A DNA stretch of 64,000 bases from Thermoleophilaceae bacterium (GCA_034664085.1 JAXDII010000098.1:2140-66139), one strand, 5' to 3'; shown: positions 9,193-18,462, numbered from the stretch's first letter. Notes: generated from the letters alone by a model not told the origin. Program-made: numbers and translations.

Positions 9193-10137
9193 GTGGTCGC
9201 CCAACCGCGCGCATATGACACCTCTGGGCGCCCACCCTCCCCTGATGCCGCCGTTGCGCGGCTGGCTGGCCGCCAGCATGGCGTGGTTTCGAGGGCGCAG
9301 CTCGCCGCGCTCGGCATCACGAAGGATTCCGTGCGGCGCCGGGTGGAGCGCGGGCGGCTGGTCCGGCTCCACGAAGGCGTCTTTGCCGTCGGGCACGCCG
9401 CGCTGACGCTCGACGCGCGCCGCCTCGCGGCCGTGCTGGCGTACGGCCGCGAGGCGCTCCTGAGCCACCGGGCCGCGGCGGAGCTCTGGGGACTGCTGCC
9501 GTCTTCGCCGCAGTTCGAGGTGACCGTGCCGCACGCGCGGAGGTCGCGCGAAGGCATCGTGGCGCACCGCTCCCGCACCATCGGCGGCCCCGACCGCGCC
9601 GTCGTCCGCGCGATCCCGGTGACGAGCGTCGCCCGCACGCTGGTCGACCTCGCCGACGTCCTAGACGAACGGCGGCTGGCCAAGGCGGTGCACCAGGCGG
9701 AGGTGCTGCGGATCTTCGACCTGCGGGCGCTAGAAGAGGCGCTCGTCCGCGTGCCGGGCCGGAGAGGGCGGCATCGGCTGGGCCAGGCCCTGGCCGCCTA
9801 CAAGCCCGAGCCGCGCTTCACCCGCAGCCGCGCGGAGCGCCGGCTGCTCTCGGTGTGCAGGCGCCATGGCCTCCCCGCGCCGCAAACGAACCTGTGGATC
9901 GGCGAGCACGAGGTCGACGCCTACTGGGCCGACGCGCGGGTTGCGCTGGAGGTCGACGGCGCCGAGACGCACGACACGCGCCGCGCCTTCCACGAGGACC
10001 GTCGCCGTGACCGGTTCCTGGCGACCGAGGGGATCCAGGTCGTTCGCGTGACCTGGCGCGATCTGGATGACGGGGCAGGCCTGGCGCGCGACCTGGAAGC
10101 GATCCTTCAGGGCCGGCGCCGCGCCCGCAGCAGGTAG
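9193..10137 (+). CDS. AbiEi-like N-terminal HTH + DUF559 (Vsr-like endonuclease fold) protein
   Basis: 314 aa. The N-terminus LAGRQHGVVSRAQLAALGITKDSVRRRVERGRLVRLHEGVFAVG is AbiEi-antitoxin-like. The C-terminus EVDAYWADARVALEVDGAETHDTRRAFHEDRRRDRFLATEGIQVVRVTWRDL matches the DUF559 pattern. The true start may be downstream of 9193. Confidence 0.75.
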   Translation: MVAQPRAYDTSGRPPSPDAAVARLAGRQHGVVSRAQLAALGITKDSVRRRVERGRLVRLHEGVFAVGHAALTLDARRLAAVLAYGREALLSHRAAAELWGLLPSSPQFEVTVPHARRSREGIVAHRSRTIGGPDRAVVRAIPVTSVARTLVDLADVLDERRLAKAVHQAEVLRIFDLRALEEALVRVPGRRGRHRLGQALAAYKPEPRFTRSRAERRLLSVCRRHGLPAPQTNLWIGEHEVDAYWADARVALEVDGAETHDTRRAFHEDRRRDRFLATEGIQVVRVTWRDLDDGAGLARDLEAILQGRRRARSR

Positions 10138-10544
10138 TCCACCTGCTCCTGCTTGCGCATGATCATGTGCTCCAGCCGGTGCTCGACCGCCTCGGAAGCC
10201 GCCTCGCGGCCGGTCGGCTCGATCGCCGCCTGGAGCGCCTCGAGCGCCTCGCCCTCGTCGTCGATCAGGCGGTCGAGCGCCTTGGCGGGGTCCGCGTTGA
10301 AGCTGATCGGCGCGACGTCCGTGGTCGGCTCGCCGCCGAGCGCGGCGATCTTCTCGATCAGCCGCGTGGCGTCCTCCAGCTCGGAGATCGCGTGCTTTCG
10401 CATCTTGTCCGCGTGGGCCTGGTACTCCAGCCCGATCACGCTGCCGGCCACCAGCGAGTACTGGAGCACCGAGCGGTGCTGCAGCTGGAGCGCTCGGTTG
10501 AGGCACTCGATCTGCTCCTCGACATCCATCGTCTCCTCGGGCAT
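10107..10544 (-). CDS. Ferritin-like (bacterioferritin/Dps-type four-helix bundle) protein
   Basis: 145 aa with helical E/H-rich repeats (LNRALQLQHRSVLQY ... AISELEDATRLIEKI ... DDEGEALEALQ ... AVEHRLEHMI). The 3-prime end overlaps the convergent DUF559 gene by 31 nt. Confidence 0.6.
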   Translation of the reverse strand: MPEETMDVEEQIECLNRALQLQHRSVLQYSLVAGSVIGLEYQAHADKMRKHAISELEDATRLIEKIAALGGEPTTDVAPISFNADPAKALDRLIDDEGEALEALQAAIEPTGREAASEAVEHRLEHMIMRKQEQVDYLLRARRRP

Positions 10545-10554
10545 GGGGACGCTC

Positions 10555-12156
10555 TTACCCGTCAGAACGGCCGCGACTAACGAGCAGGCGCCAGATCTGC
10601 CGCGCCTCCGGGACCCGCAGGACCCAGACCGCCGCCGCGTAGGCGGCGAAGCCGGCGGCGATCGCGCCCAGCACCGACACGATCTGGCCGACCAGGCCGC
10701 GACCGAACGCGTCGTCGAGGCCGTGCCAGGCCGCGTAGGAGACGGCGCCCAGCAGCGCGGCCGCGGCCAGCATGCGCACCGCCGCGGACGCCATGCGCGC
10801 GCCCTCGATCCCGCCCAGGTCCTTGCGCAGGATCCAGCCCTGCGCCACGCACATCGCGACCGTGCCGACCACGGTGCCGATCACGATTCCCGCGATCTCG
10901 AAGGGCCCGTACAGAGCCGCCGCCAGCGCCGCGTTCACGACCAGGTTGAGCCCCGCCAGGGCGGTCGTGGCCCACGGCCGCTGCAGGCTGAAGAACGTGC
11001 GCGAGAACAGCAGGCTGACGCCCTGGAACGGCAGCGAGATCGACCACCACAGCATCGCCGTGGAGGTCAGCTCGGTGGCCTGTGCGTCGAAGACGCCACG
11101 CTCGTAGACAAGCCGCGTGATCGGCTCCGCCAGCACCGCCATGATCACCGCGCTCGGGATCAGCAGCAGGCAGACCTGGCGCACCCCGTTGGCCATCGTG
11201 CGGCGCAGATCGTCGCGAGCGCCGCGCGCCGCGAAGCGCGACAGCGTCGGGAACAGGATCGTGGCTATCGAGATCGAGAAGAGGCCCTGCGGGAGCTGGT
11301 AGATGCGGAACGCCTTGTCGATCGCCGCCGGCGCCTCGTCGGAGACGAGCGTGCCGAACACCGAGTTGATCAGCAGGCTGAGGTTGATCAGGCCGAGCGC
11401 GATCGTCACCGGCAGCATCAGCTTGAGCACGCGCCGGACGCGCTTGTCGCGCCAGTCGAGCCGCAGGGTCAGGGTGCCGCCGCGCCCCCGCAGCCACGGC
11501 AGCGGCAGCACGAACTGCACCACCGTGCCCGCCAGGATGCCGATTGCATAGGCGTAGATCTCGTCGCCGTCGGGCAGCACCGGCACCAGGCCGACGAGCG
11601 CGGCGATGATCACCAGGTTCCACGCCACCGGGGCGAGCGCGGGGACGGCGAAGTGCTCGAACGAGTTGAGCATCCCGACCACAAGGCCCGACAGCGCGAG
11701 CAGGACCACGATCGGGAACATCAGGCGCGAGAGCTGGACCGTGAGCTCCTTGAGCGCGGGCTGGTCGTCGAAGCCGGGAGCGAACAGGCCCATCAGCGGC
11801 TCGGCGAACAGGATGAACAGGGCCGTGACGGCCCCTAGCACCAGGCAGATCAGGAAGAACAGGCTCGAGGCGACCCGGAACGCCTCCTTGCGCTCCCCCT
11901 TCTCCAGCAGCTCGGTGAAGATGGGCACGAACGCGCCCTGCAGGGCCGAATCAGCGAATAGTGCGCGGATCAGGTTGGGGACCTGGAAGGCGATCGTGAA
12001 CGCCGACATCGCCCCGGTCACGCCGAAGTAGCGCGCGGCGACGACCTCCCTGGCCAGCCCGAGCAGGCGGGACAGGCCGGTGGCGAACGAGAAGAAGGCG
12101 GTGTTGCGGGCGAGCCGGCCAGCGTGGCCGCGCCGGTCCGGGGCGTCGGTCGCCAC
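10555..12156 (-). CDS. murJ: Lipid II flippase MurJ (MviN)
   Basis: 533 aa, polytopic. The N-terminal signature is ARNTAFFSFATGLSRLLGLAREVVAARYFGVTGAMSAFTIAFQVPNLIRALFADSALQGAFVP. Confidence 0.9.
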   Translation of the reverse strand: MATDAPDRRGHAGRLARNTAFFSFATGLSRLLGLAREVVAARYFGVTGAMSAFTIAFQVPNLIRALFADSALQGAFVPIFTELLEKGERKEAFRVASSLFFLICLVLGAVTALFILFAEPLMGLFAPGFDDQPALKELTVQLSRLMFPIVVLLALSGLVVGMLNSFEHFAVPALAPVAWNLVIIAALVGLVPVLPDGDEIYAYAIGILAGTVVQFVLPLPWLRGRGGTLTLRLDWRDKRVRRVLKLMLPVTIALGLINLSLLINSVFGTLVSDEAPAAIDKAFRIYQLPQGLFSISIATILFPTLSRFAARGARDDLRRTMANGVRQVCLLLIPSAVIMAVLAEPITRLVYERGVFDAQATELTSTAMLWWSISLPFQGVSLLFSRTFFSLQRPWATTALAGLNLVVNAALAAALYGPFEIAGIVIGTVVGTVAMCVAQGWILRKDLGGIEGARMASAAVRMLAAAALLGAVSYAAWHGLDDAFGRGLVGQIVSVLGAIAAGFAAYAAAVWVLRVPEARQIWRLLVSRGRSDG

Positions 12157-12211
12157 GCGCTACACTTGGCCTCCGCCGCGCCGGGATTTCGGGCGCGGCG
12201 TCGGTGCGTAT

Positions 12212-12475
12212 ATGGCCAACATCCCTTCACAAGAAAAGCGGATCCACCGGGCGGAGCGCGAGCGGCTCGAAAACCGCAGCCGCACTTCGCAGGTCAAGAC
12301 GTGGTTCCGCCGCCTCGAGACCGCGGTCGAGGGGAACGACGCCTCGACCGCCGATCAGGAGTACCGCAGCCTGATCTCGCGCATCGACAGGGCCGTGAAG
12401 TCGGGCGCGCTGCACCGCAACAACGGTGCGCGCAAGAAGGCCCGCGCCGCCCGCATCCGCTCGCGCATCTCGTAG
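12212..12475 (+). CDS. rpsT: 30S ribosomal protein S20
   Basis: Internal ATG of track ORF 12080..12475. Reads MANIPSQEKRIHRAERERLENRSRTSQVKTW...ALHRNNGARKKARAARIRSRIS (87 aa). Confidence 0.95.
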   Translation: MANIPSQEKRIHRAERERLENRSRTSQVKTWFRRLETAVEGNDASTADQEYRSLISRIDRAVKSGALHRNNGARKKARAARIRSRIS

Positions 12476-12961
12476 CTAGAGCAGGCGCTCTACCACCAGC
12501 ACGTCGCGCCAGTGGCCGTCGAGGCTGCCGTGACGCCGATGCAGCCCGACGTCGCGCCAGCCGCAGCTGCGCATCAGCGCGGCGCTCGCAACGTTGTCGG
12601 TGAACAGCTTGCCGACCAGCTTCCAGTAGCCCAGTTCGCGGGCTCGTTCCTGGGCCGCCTCCAGCAGGCGGCGGCCGATCCCGCGCCCGCGCGCGGCGCC
12701 GTCGACGTAGACCGAGACCTCCCCCACGCCGGCGTAGGCAGCGCGGTGGCTGTAGGCGAGAATGCGCGCCCAGCCCAGCACGCGCCCATCCTCCTCGGCG
12801 ACCAGCAGCGGCAGGCGCTCGCCCGCGGCCAGCCACACAGCGATGTCGTCGCGCGTACGCAGCGCGGTCTCGAACGTGGCGTTGCGCTCGCGGATGCCCT
12901 GGTTGTAGACGTCGGCGACGGCATCGGCGTCGTCCGCCGTTGCGAGGCGAATGGCGAGCAC
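12476..12961 (-). CDS. GNAT family N-acetyltransferase (phosphinothricin-acetyltransferase-like)
   Basis: In-frame GTG at 12961 within track ORF 12476..13111. Reads VLAIRLATADDADAVADVYNQGIRERNATFET ... VYVDGAARGRGIGRRLLEAAQERARELGYWKLVGKLFTDN (161 aa). Confidence 0.85.
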   Translation of the reverse strand: MLAIRLATADDADAVADVYNQGIRERNATFETALRTRDDIAVWLAAGERLPLLVAEEDGRVLGWARILAYSHRAAYAGVGEVSVYVDGAARGRGIGRRLLEAAQERARELGYWKLVGKLFTDNVASAALMRSCGWRDVGLHRRHGSLDGHWRDVLVVERLL

Positions 12962-12968
12962 GGCCGGC

Positions 12969-13931
12969 TCAGCCCGCGGCGCGCGCGAGCGCGAGCGAGA
13001 AGGCGGTGTCCTCGTCGAGCTGGACGTCGCCGCCGCCGCGCATCTCGATCTCGAGATCGGCGAAGACGCAGATCGCCCGCTCCAGGGCGGCGCGGTCGGC
13101 CTTGCGCGCACGCGCGACGGTCTTCTTCACCAGCCACGGGGGCGCCCTGAGCGCCTCGCCGACCTTGCCCTCGGGCACGCCGTCGTCGAGCAGCGCCGCG
13201 ACCCGGTGCACCTCGCGCAGCCGGCGCACCACCGGGAAGATCAGCCGCCCCGGCCGCTCGCCGTGCGACTCGAGCTGCTCGGCCAGCGCCAGCGTGGCGC
13301 GCAGGTCGCCCGCCACGAGGGCGTCGGCCAGGTCGTATGCCTGCGGCGAGGTGTCGCGCGCCGCCATCTGCTCGACGTCGGCCGTGGTCGCGCTCGTCCT
13401 TGGGTGCAGCGCGACGGCCAGCTTCTCCAGCTCGCGCGAGAGGCGCTGCTGGCTCGTCCCCACCAGGCCGACGAGTTCCTTGGCAGCCTCCTGGTCGACC
13501 TGCAGGCCGAGCTCCCGACCGCGCTCGACCACCCACTTGGGCAGCTCCCAGGGCTTCGGCGCCGGGTAGTCCCGCACCTCGCCGCCGGCCTTCTCGATCG
13601 CCTTCGACAGTTGCTTGAGCGCCTTGCCGCGGGCGATCGCCACCAGCACCGTGTCAGGCGGCATGTCGCCCAGGATCGACTCCAGCGGCTCCAGCTGCGC
13701 GGCCTTCCAAGCCCCGACGTCGTCGACAAGCACGTAGCGGGTGCCGGGGTCGAACGTGAGCGCCGCCAGCGCGGCGACCACCTCCCCCGGGTCGCTCGTG
13801 CGCGCGTCGAAGCGCTCGAGGCCACCGGGTCCGCGCTCCTCCTCGGCGCGGTGGCGCACGCGGGCGCGCCAGGCGTCGATCTTGGCGTCGTCGTCGCCGC
13901 AGATGAGGTAGGCGGGCTTCAGGGCGGCCAC
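12969..13931 (-). CDS. holA: DNA polymerase III delta subunit
   Basis: 320 aa. Begins PAYLICGDDDAKIDAW, and the size and position directly downstream of comEC are as in other Gram-positive and actinobacterial genomes. Confidence 0.85.
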   Translation of the reverse strand: MAALKPAYLICGDDDAKIDAWRARVRHRAEEERGPGGLERFDARTSDPGEVVAALAALTFDPGTRYVLVDDVGAWKAAQLEPLESILGDMPPDTVLVAIARGKALKQLSKAIEKAGGEVRDYPAPKPWELPKWVVERGRELGLQVDQEAAKELVGLVGTSQQRLSRELEKLAVALHPRTSATTADVEQMAARDTSPQAYDLADALVAGDLRATLALAEQLESHGERPGRLIFPVVRRLREVHRVAALLDDGVPEGKVGEALRAPPWLVKKTVARARKADRAALERAICVFADLEIEMRGGGDVQLDEDTAFSLALARAAG

Positions 13932-13970
13932 GGCTGGGCAGTCTAGGCGCGCGGGCGGCTCGTCCGAGGG

Positions 13971-16394
13971 TCATCGCTCTGTGCCGACCTCCATCCGCGC
14001 TCCGTGCGGGGTGAGCGTGACTGTGCCGTCGCGGTCGGTGCGGAAGGTGCGGACGCCGGCCCGCTCCAGCGCGGCCAATGTGGACGGCGCCGGGTGGCCG
14101 TAGGTGTTGGCGCCGACCTCGATCGCGGCGACCTCGGGGTCGAGCCGATCGAGCGCCTCGGGCAGGCCGGGGTCCGAGCTGCCGTGGTGGGGCACCTTCA
14201 TGGCCTCCACCTCGGGCAGGGCGAGCGCCAGCAGCGTGCCGCTCTCGGCGTCGGCCGACAGCAGCAGGTCGAAGTCGCCGGCGGTCACGACCGCGACCAC
14301 CGCGCGGGGGTTCGGGTCTTCGGGCGCGGGCCCTGGCGGCCGCGGCGGGGGCGAAAGGACGCGGATGCGCAGCCGGTTTGCGGCCAGGCTCAGCGCGAGC
14401 GGCGCGGTTGCGGGAACTCGCCGGACGCCGCGTTCGGCAGCGGTGCGCAGCACATCGCGGTAGGCGGGATCTGGGGTGCCGTCGCCGCCGTCGAGCAGCA
14501 GGCCGACGTCGAAGCGGCGCAGCACCTCGGCCAGCCCCCCGTGGTGGTCGCGCGAGGCGTGGGTGGCGACCACCACCGCCAGCCGTCTGACGCCCGCCTT
14601 GCGCACGAGGCGGGCGACGCCGGCCTCCGGGGGGCCGCCGTCGAACAGGACCGCGGTGCCGTCGGGGTGCTGGATCAGGGTGGCGTCGCCCTGGCCCACG
14701 TCGAGGAAACGGACGGTGAGGACGGCGGGCGTTCGGGGCGTCCCGGGGACCCAGGCGGCGGCTGCGATCAATACGGCCGCGACGCCCGCGGCCAGTGCGC
14801 GGCGCCGGCCGCGCGACGCGCCCCGCCAGGCGGCGACCCAGCCGGTCATTCGCGGCCCGAGCGGCTTGGCCGCGCGGCGGGCCGCCAGCACGCCGGCGGC
14901 CATCGCGGCATACGCGCCCGCCACGGCCTGGGGCGACCCGAGCGGGACGGCGAGCTGTCCGCCGGGCATGTCGGCGGCGCGGGCGGCGAGGCCGCCGAGG
15001 TACGAGACCGGCGCGGAGGCGAGGGCGCCGACCGCCTCGGCGGCGGCAAGGCCCGGGGCTGACAGCTGGCCGAGCGCGATCTTGACCATGCCGAGCCACA
15101 TGGCCGGGGCGACCGCCGGCAGCGAGAGCAGGTTGGCCGGCAGTCCCGCGAGCGGCACGGATCCGAAGTGGTGGGCGAGCAGCGGCGCGGTCGCGAGCGT
15201 GGCGGCCACGGTGATGGCGATACCGTCGGCGAGGCCGTGGAGGAGCGCGGCACGCACGCGCCCGGGCGGCGCGGCGATCAGCTCGTCCGCCGCGGTGCGC
15301 AGCAGGCGCTGGAGCGGCAGGCCGAGCGTCAGGATGCCGGCCACGGCGGCGAAGGACAGCTGCCAGCCGGGGTCCGCCCAAGCGCGCGGGTTCCAGGCCA
15401 GCGTGACCGTGGCGGCAAGCAGCAAGGCGTACCCGCGCGAGGCCGGGCGCGACGCCGCCATCGCGGCGATCCCGGCGAGCCCCATCACCCCGGCCCGCTG
15501 GAGCGAGGGCCCGGCCCCGGCGAGCGGCACGTAGACGGCGATCAAAGCGGCGAGAGCGACGAAGCGGGTGCGCAGCCCGAGCCGAGCCAGCATCAGCAGC
15601 GGAAGCGCGAGCGCCGCGAGCAGCATCACGTTCTGGCCGCTCACGGCGAGCAGGTGCGCGAGCCCCGCATCGCGCCAGTCCGCACGGCTGGCCGCGTCGA
15701 TCTGCTCGTCCTGGCCGAGCACCATCCCGCGCAGCAGCGCCGCCTCGCCGGGCGCCATGCCGGCACCCACCGCGCGCTCGGCGCGCTCGCGCATGCCGTC
15801 GAGGCTGCCGGCCAGCCCGCCGCGCCTGTTGCCGGTCGGGTGCGCCCGCTCGAGCAGGAGCTCGGCGGCGACCCCGCGCCGGCGCAGGTGCGCGTCGAAG
15901 TCGAAACCGGACGGCGGAGCGCGGGAGCCGGGTCTCAGGGTGCCGAGGCGACCCTCGAGCTCGACCTCTTCCCCGACGCTCAGCGAGCGGGGCAGTGGCG
16001 CCCAGCGCGCGGCGCGCACGAGCAGCCGGGCCCCGCGGAGCGGCCCGCCGGTGACCCCGGCCTCGGCGGTCGCCCCGAACGCGTTCGGTCGCGCGGGCGT
16101 GAGCAGCTCGGCATGGAGCTCGACCCGCGCGCCATCGCGGATCCGCTGGGCGGGCGCGTCGAGCGCTTCGAGGCGCATGCCGCCCGCGGCCGCGCCGGCC
16201 AGGACCAGCGCCGCGGCCAGGGCGCCGAGCGGCGCGGCGCGCACGGCGGCTAGGCCGCCCGCGAGCAGCCAGGCAACGGCGATGGCCATGGCCGGCTCGG
16301 AGTCCGCCAGGGCTAGGCCGCCCGCCAGTGCGGCCATGCCGACGTGCCAGGGGCGCGCGCGGAGGAGGGCGAGTGTGGCGGGTGGCCCGCTCAC
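13971..16394 (-). CDS. comEC: DNA internalisation competence protein ComEC/Rec2 (with C-terminal metallo-beta-lactamase domain)
   Basis: 807 aa with a polytopic competence domain (RDAGLAHLLAVSGQNVMLL) and an MBL domain (FLDVGQGDATLIQHPDG ... VATHASRDHHGGL ... KVPHHGS). Confidence 0.9.
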   Translation of the reverse strand: MSGPPATLALLRARPWHVGMAALAGGLALADSEPAMAIAVAWLLAGGLAAVRAAPLGALAAALVLAGAAAGGMRLEALDAPAQRIRDGARVELHAELLTPARPNAFGATAEAGVTGGPLRGARLLVRAARWAPLPRSLSVGEEVELEGRLGTLRPGSRAPPSGFDFDAHLRRRGVAAELLLERAHPTGNRRGGLAGSLDGMRERAERAVGAGMAPGEAALLRGMVLGQDEQIDAASRADWRDAGLAHLLAVSGQNVMLLAALALPLLMLARLGLRTRFVALAALIAVYVPLAGAGPSLQRAGVMGLAGIAAMAASRPASRGYALLLAATVTLAWNPRAWADPGWQLSFAAVAGILTLGLPLQRLLRTAADELIAAPPGRVRAALLHGLADGIAITVAATLATAPLLAHHFGSVPLAGLPANLLSLPAVAPAMWLGMVKIALGQLSAPGLAAAEAVGALASAPVSYLGGLAARAADMPGGQLAVPLGSPQAVAGAYAAMAAGVLAARRAAKPLGPRMTGWVAAWRGASRGRRRALAAGVAAVLIAAAAWVPGTPRTPAVLTVRFLDVGQGDATLIQHPDGTAVLFDGGPPEAGVARLVRKAGVRRLAVVVATHASRDHHGGLAEVLRRFDVGLLLDGGDGTPDPAYRDVLRTAAERGVRRVPATAPLALSLAANRLRIRVLSPPPRPPGPAPEDPNPRAVVAVVTAGDFDLLLSADAESGTLLALALPEVEAMKVPHHGSSDPGLPEALDRLDPEVAAIEVGANTYGHPAPSTLAALERAGVRTFRTDRDGTVTLTPHGARMEVGTER

Positions 16395-17005
16395 GGTCCC
16401 AGCGCCTCGCGCAGCGTCTCGAAGCGCTTCTCTCCGATCCCCTCCACCTCTCTCAGCTCCTGGAGCGACCGGAAGCCGCCGTGCTCGGTGCGGTATTCGA
16501 CGATGCGCCCCGCGAGCGTCGGTCCGATCCCGTCCACCTCGTCCAGCTGGTCGGGCGTTGCGGTGCCCAGGCTCGGCTTGGGCGCGCCGGCCGTTCCCGG
16601 TGGCGTGGCGGCGCCGGCGGCGGCAGCGGCTGCCCCGCGCAGGGGGACCACGACCTGCTGTCCGTCCTCCAGGCGGGCGGCCAAGTTCACACCGCTGAGG
16701 TCCGCCCTGCGCCCCGGTCCGCCCGCCCGTTCCACCGCGAACGCCACGCGCGCGCCGTCCGGCACGCGCACCAGGCCGGGGTGGTGCACGGCTCCGGCGA
16801 CGTGGACGTAGATGCCCGGGGCGTCGGCGCCCTCGGGGCGGCGTTCGCCGCCCGCGGCAGCGGCCGGTGAGCGGTCGATCTGCACGGGAGCGGCGGGGCC
16901 GCCGTCGCCGCCCGAGCCGGTCAGGCGCAGCACCGCCAGCGTCGCCAATACGGCGGCCACGATCCAGATCAGAACAGTCCCGCGTGATCCGTCCGAGATG
17001 GGCAC
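16391..17005 (-). CDS. comEA: Competence protein ComEA (helix-hairpin-helix DNA receptor)
   Basis: 204 aa with an N-terminal anchor helix and a C-terminal tandem HhH (ATPDQLDEVDGIGPTLAGRIVEYRTEHGGFRSLQELREVEGIGEKRFETL). Shares a 4-nt GTGA overlap with comEC. Confidence 0.85.
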   Translation of the reverse strand: MPISDGSRGTVLIWIVAAVLATLAVLRLTGSGGDGGPAAPVQIDRSPAAAAGGERRPEGADAPGIYVHVAGAVHHPGLVRVPDGARVAFAVERAGGPGRRADLSGVNLAARLEDGQQVVVPLRGAAAAAAGAATPPGTAGAPKPSLGTATPDQLDEVDGIGPTLAGRIVEYRTEHGGFRSLQELREVEGIGEKRFETLREALGP

Positions 17006-17031
17006 GCGGCGAAGCTAGAGGGCGGCGACCG

Positions 17032-17048
17032 ACACGTGGGTCACGTGT
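17032..17048. promoter_or_regulatory. Double CACGTG palindrome upstream of comEA (candidate operator)
   Basis: ACACGTG-ggt-CACGTGT gives 7-bp inverted arms, each containing the self-palindromic CACGTG. It lies 27-43 nt upstream of the comEA start. Confidence 0.25.
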
Positions 17049-17260
17049 GTGACAAGGGAGCTACATGAAGCTCACAACCGGCCGACCGCCTTGTCGAGTG
17101 GCGTATTCGACATCTATTTGATGTTCAAAATGCACCTCGGCGAGGTGGGCGGAGCGCAGCGGAGCGGCGGCGCGGCGGCAAAGCGGAGCGGGGGCAAGGC
17201 GGCGCGGCGGGCCGGGCGAGGGCGGGGCAAGCGCGGCGCCAACGCAAGCGGAGCGCCCCC

Positions 17261-17536
17261 CTACCGCACCTCGAACCCGGTGAGCCCCTCCGGCGGCTCC
17301 TTCCACGTCTCCACCCGCTCCACGGACGCTCCGCTCGGCCCGCGGGAGCAGAAGCCGATCAGGGCATCGACCGCGTCGCCGGGGCCCTCGAAGACGGCCT
17401 CGACCGCCCCGTCGGGGCGGTTGCTCACCCACCCGGACACGCCGCGGGAGTCCGCCTGGCGGCGCGTGCTGTCGCGGAAGAAGACCCCCTGCACGCGTCC
17501 GTGGATCGCCACGCGGCGACGTACGGGCTGGCTCAT
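17261..17536 (-). CDS. acyP: Acylphosphatase
   Basis: 91 aa with VAIHGRVQGVFFRDSTRRQADSRGVSGWVSNRPDGAVEAVFEG, the classic acylphosphatase signatures. Confidence 0.9.
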   Translation of the reverse strand: MSQPVRRRVAIHGRVQGVFFRDSTRRQADSRGVSGWVSNRPDGAVEAVFEGPGDAVDALIGFCSRGPSGASVERVETWKEPPEGLTGFEVR

Positions 17537-17577
17537 ACTCTCTCGAGGCCGTTCACGACGAAAGGCGATTACCCACG

Positions 17578-18462
17578 ATGGAAGCGACGACGCGCGCCGA
17601 ACCTGCCTGGGGCGTCGACTCCGAGTATGGACGCCTGCTCGACGTCCTGCTCTGTCCCCCGGACCACTTCCGCTGGCTCCCCACGAGCGCCATCTCGCGC
17701 GCCACGCTCGACTCCGGCCTCGTCTTCGACCACGGCCAGGCGATGCGCCAGCACGCCGAGATGGTCTCGGTCTACGAGGCGGAGGGCGTCACGGTGCACT
17801 TCCTCGAGCCCGAGCCGGCGTTGCCCTACCAGGTGTTCGCCCGCGACTCGAGCATCAACGTCCCCGCCGGCCCGATCGTCACGCAGTGCGCCCAGTGGTG
17901 GCGCCGCGGCGAGTACGCGCCCGTGATCCGCTTCTATCAGGAGCAGGGGATCCCGATCAGCGACATGGTCACCGCCGGCTCGCTCGAGGGCGGCGACTTC
18001 ATGATCGTCGAGCCCGGCGTGGCGGCGATCGGCACCGGTGAGGAGCGCACCCAGGAGCAGGCGGCCCGGCAGCTCGCACAATGGCTCGAGCGGGACGGCT
18101 GGGAGGTCCGCGTCGAGCGCATCCCGCCCCACTTCCTGCACATCGACGTGCTCGCCTGCATGCTCGGCGAGAAGCTCGCGGCCGTGTGCGTGGAGCAGGC
18201 CTCGAACGGCTTCGTCGCCTGGCTGAAGGAGAAGGGCGTGGAGATCGTCCCGGTGACGCTCGAGGCCGCGCTCAAGCTGGGCGTGAACGGCGTCTGCCTC
18301 GGCGGCGACCGCGTCCTCTCCACGGCGGAGTCCAGCGACCTGAACGCGCGCCTGCGCGCGCTCGGCCTGACCGTCCACGACCCCGAGCTGTCCGCCTTCA
18401 CGCTCGGCGGCGGCGGGGCCCACTGCCTGATGCAGGCGATCCGTCGCGAGCGCGTCGCCTAG
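17578..18462 (+). CDS. Amidinotransferase-superfamily enzyme (DDAH / arginine-deiminase-like guanidino-modifying enzyme)
   Basis: 294 aa. The size and layout are those of DDAH-like proteins, and the C-terminal catalytic-Cys block is FTLGGGGAHCLMQAI. The stop abuts the ATG of the next gene. Confidence 0.75.
   Translation: MEATTRAEPAWGVDSEYGRLLDVLLCPPDHFRWLPTSAISRATLDSGLVFDHGQAMRQHAEMVSVYEAEGVTVHFLEPEPALPYQVFARDSSINVPAGPIVTQCAQWWRRGEYAPVIRFYQEQGIPISDMVTAGSLEGGDFMIVEPGVAAIGTGEERTQEQAARQLAQWLERDGWEVRVERIPPHFLHIDVLACMLGEKLAAVCVEQASNGFVAWLKEKGVEIVPVTLEAALKLGVNGVCLGGDRVLSTAESSDLNARLRALGLTVHDPELSAFTLGGGGAHCLMQAIRRERVA

Noticed and set aside
17049-17260. I considered the plus-strand ORF start (MTRELHEAHN... 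/ MFKMHLGEVGGAQRSGGAAAKRSGG...) and an 18-codon ORF with an AAGGGAG SD at 17065 as genes in the acyP-comEA gap.
   Set aside because: The long ORF runs antisense through acyP and the amidinotransferase region, and its composition is low-complexity Arg/Gly. The 18-codon ORF has no supporting features beyond an SD-like hexamer.
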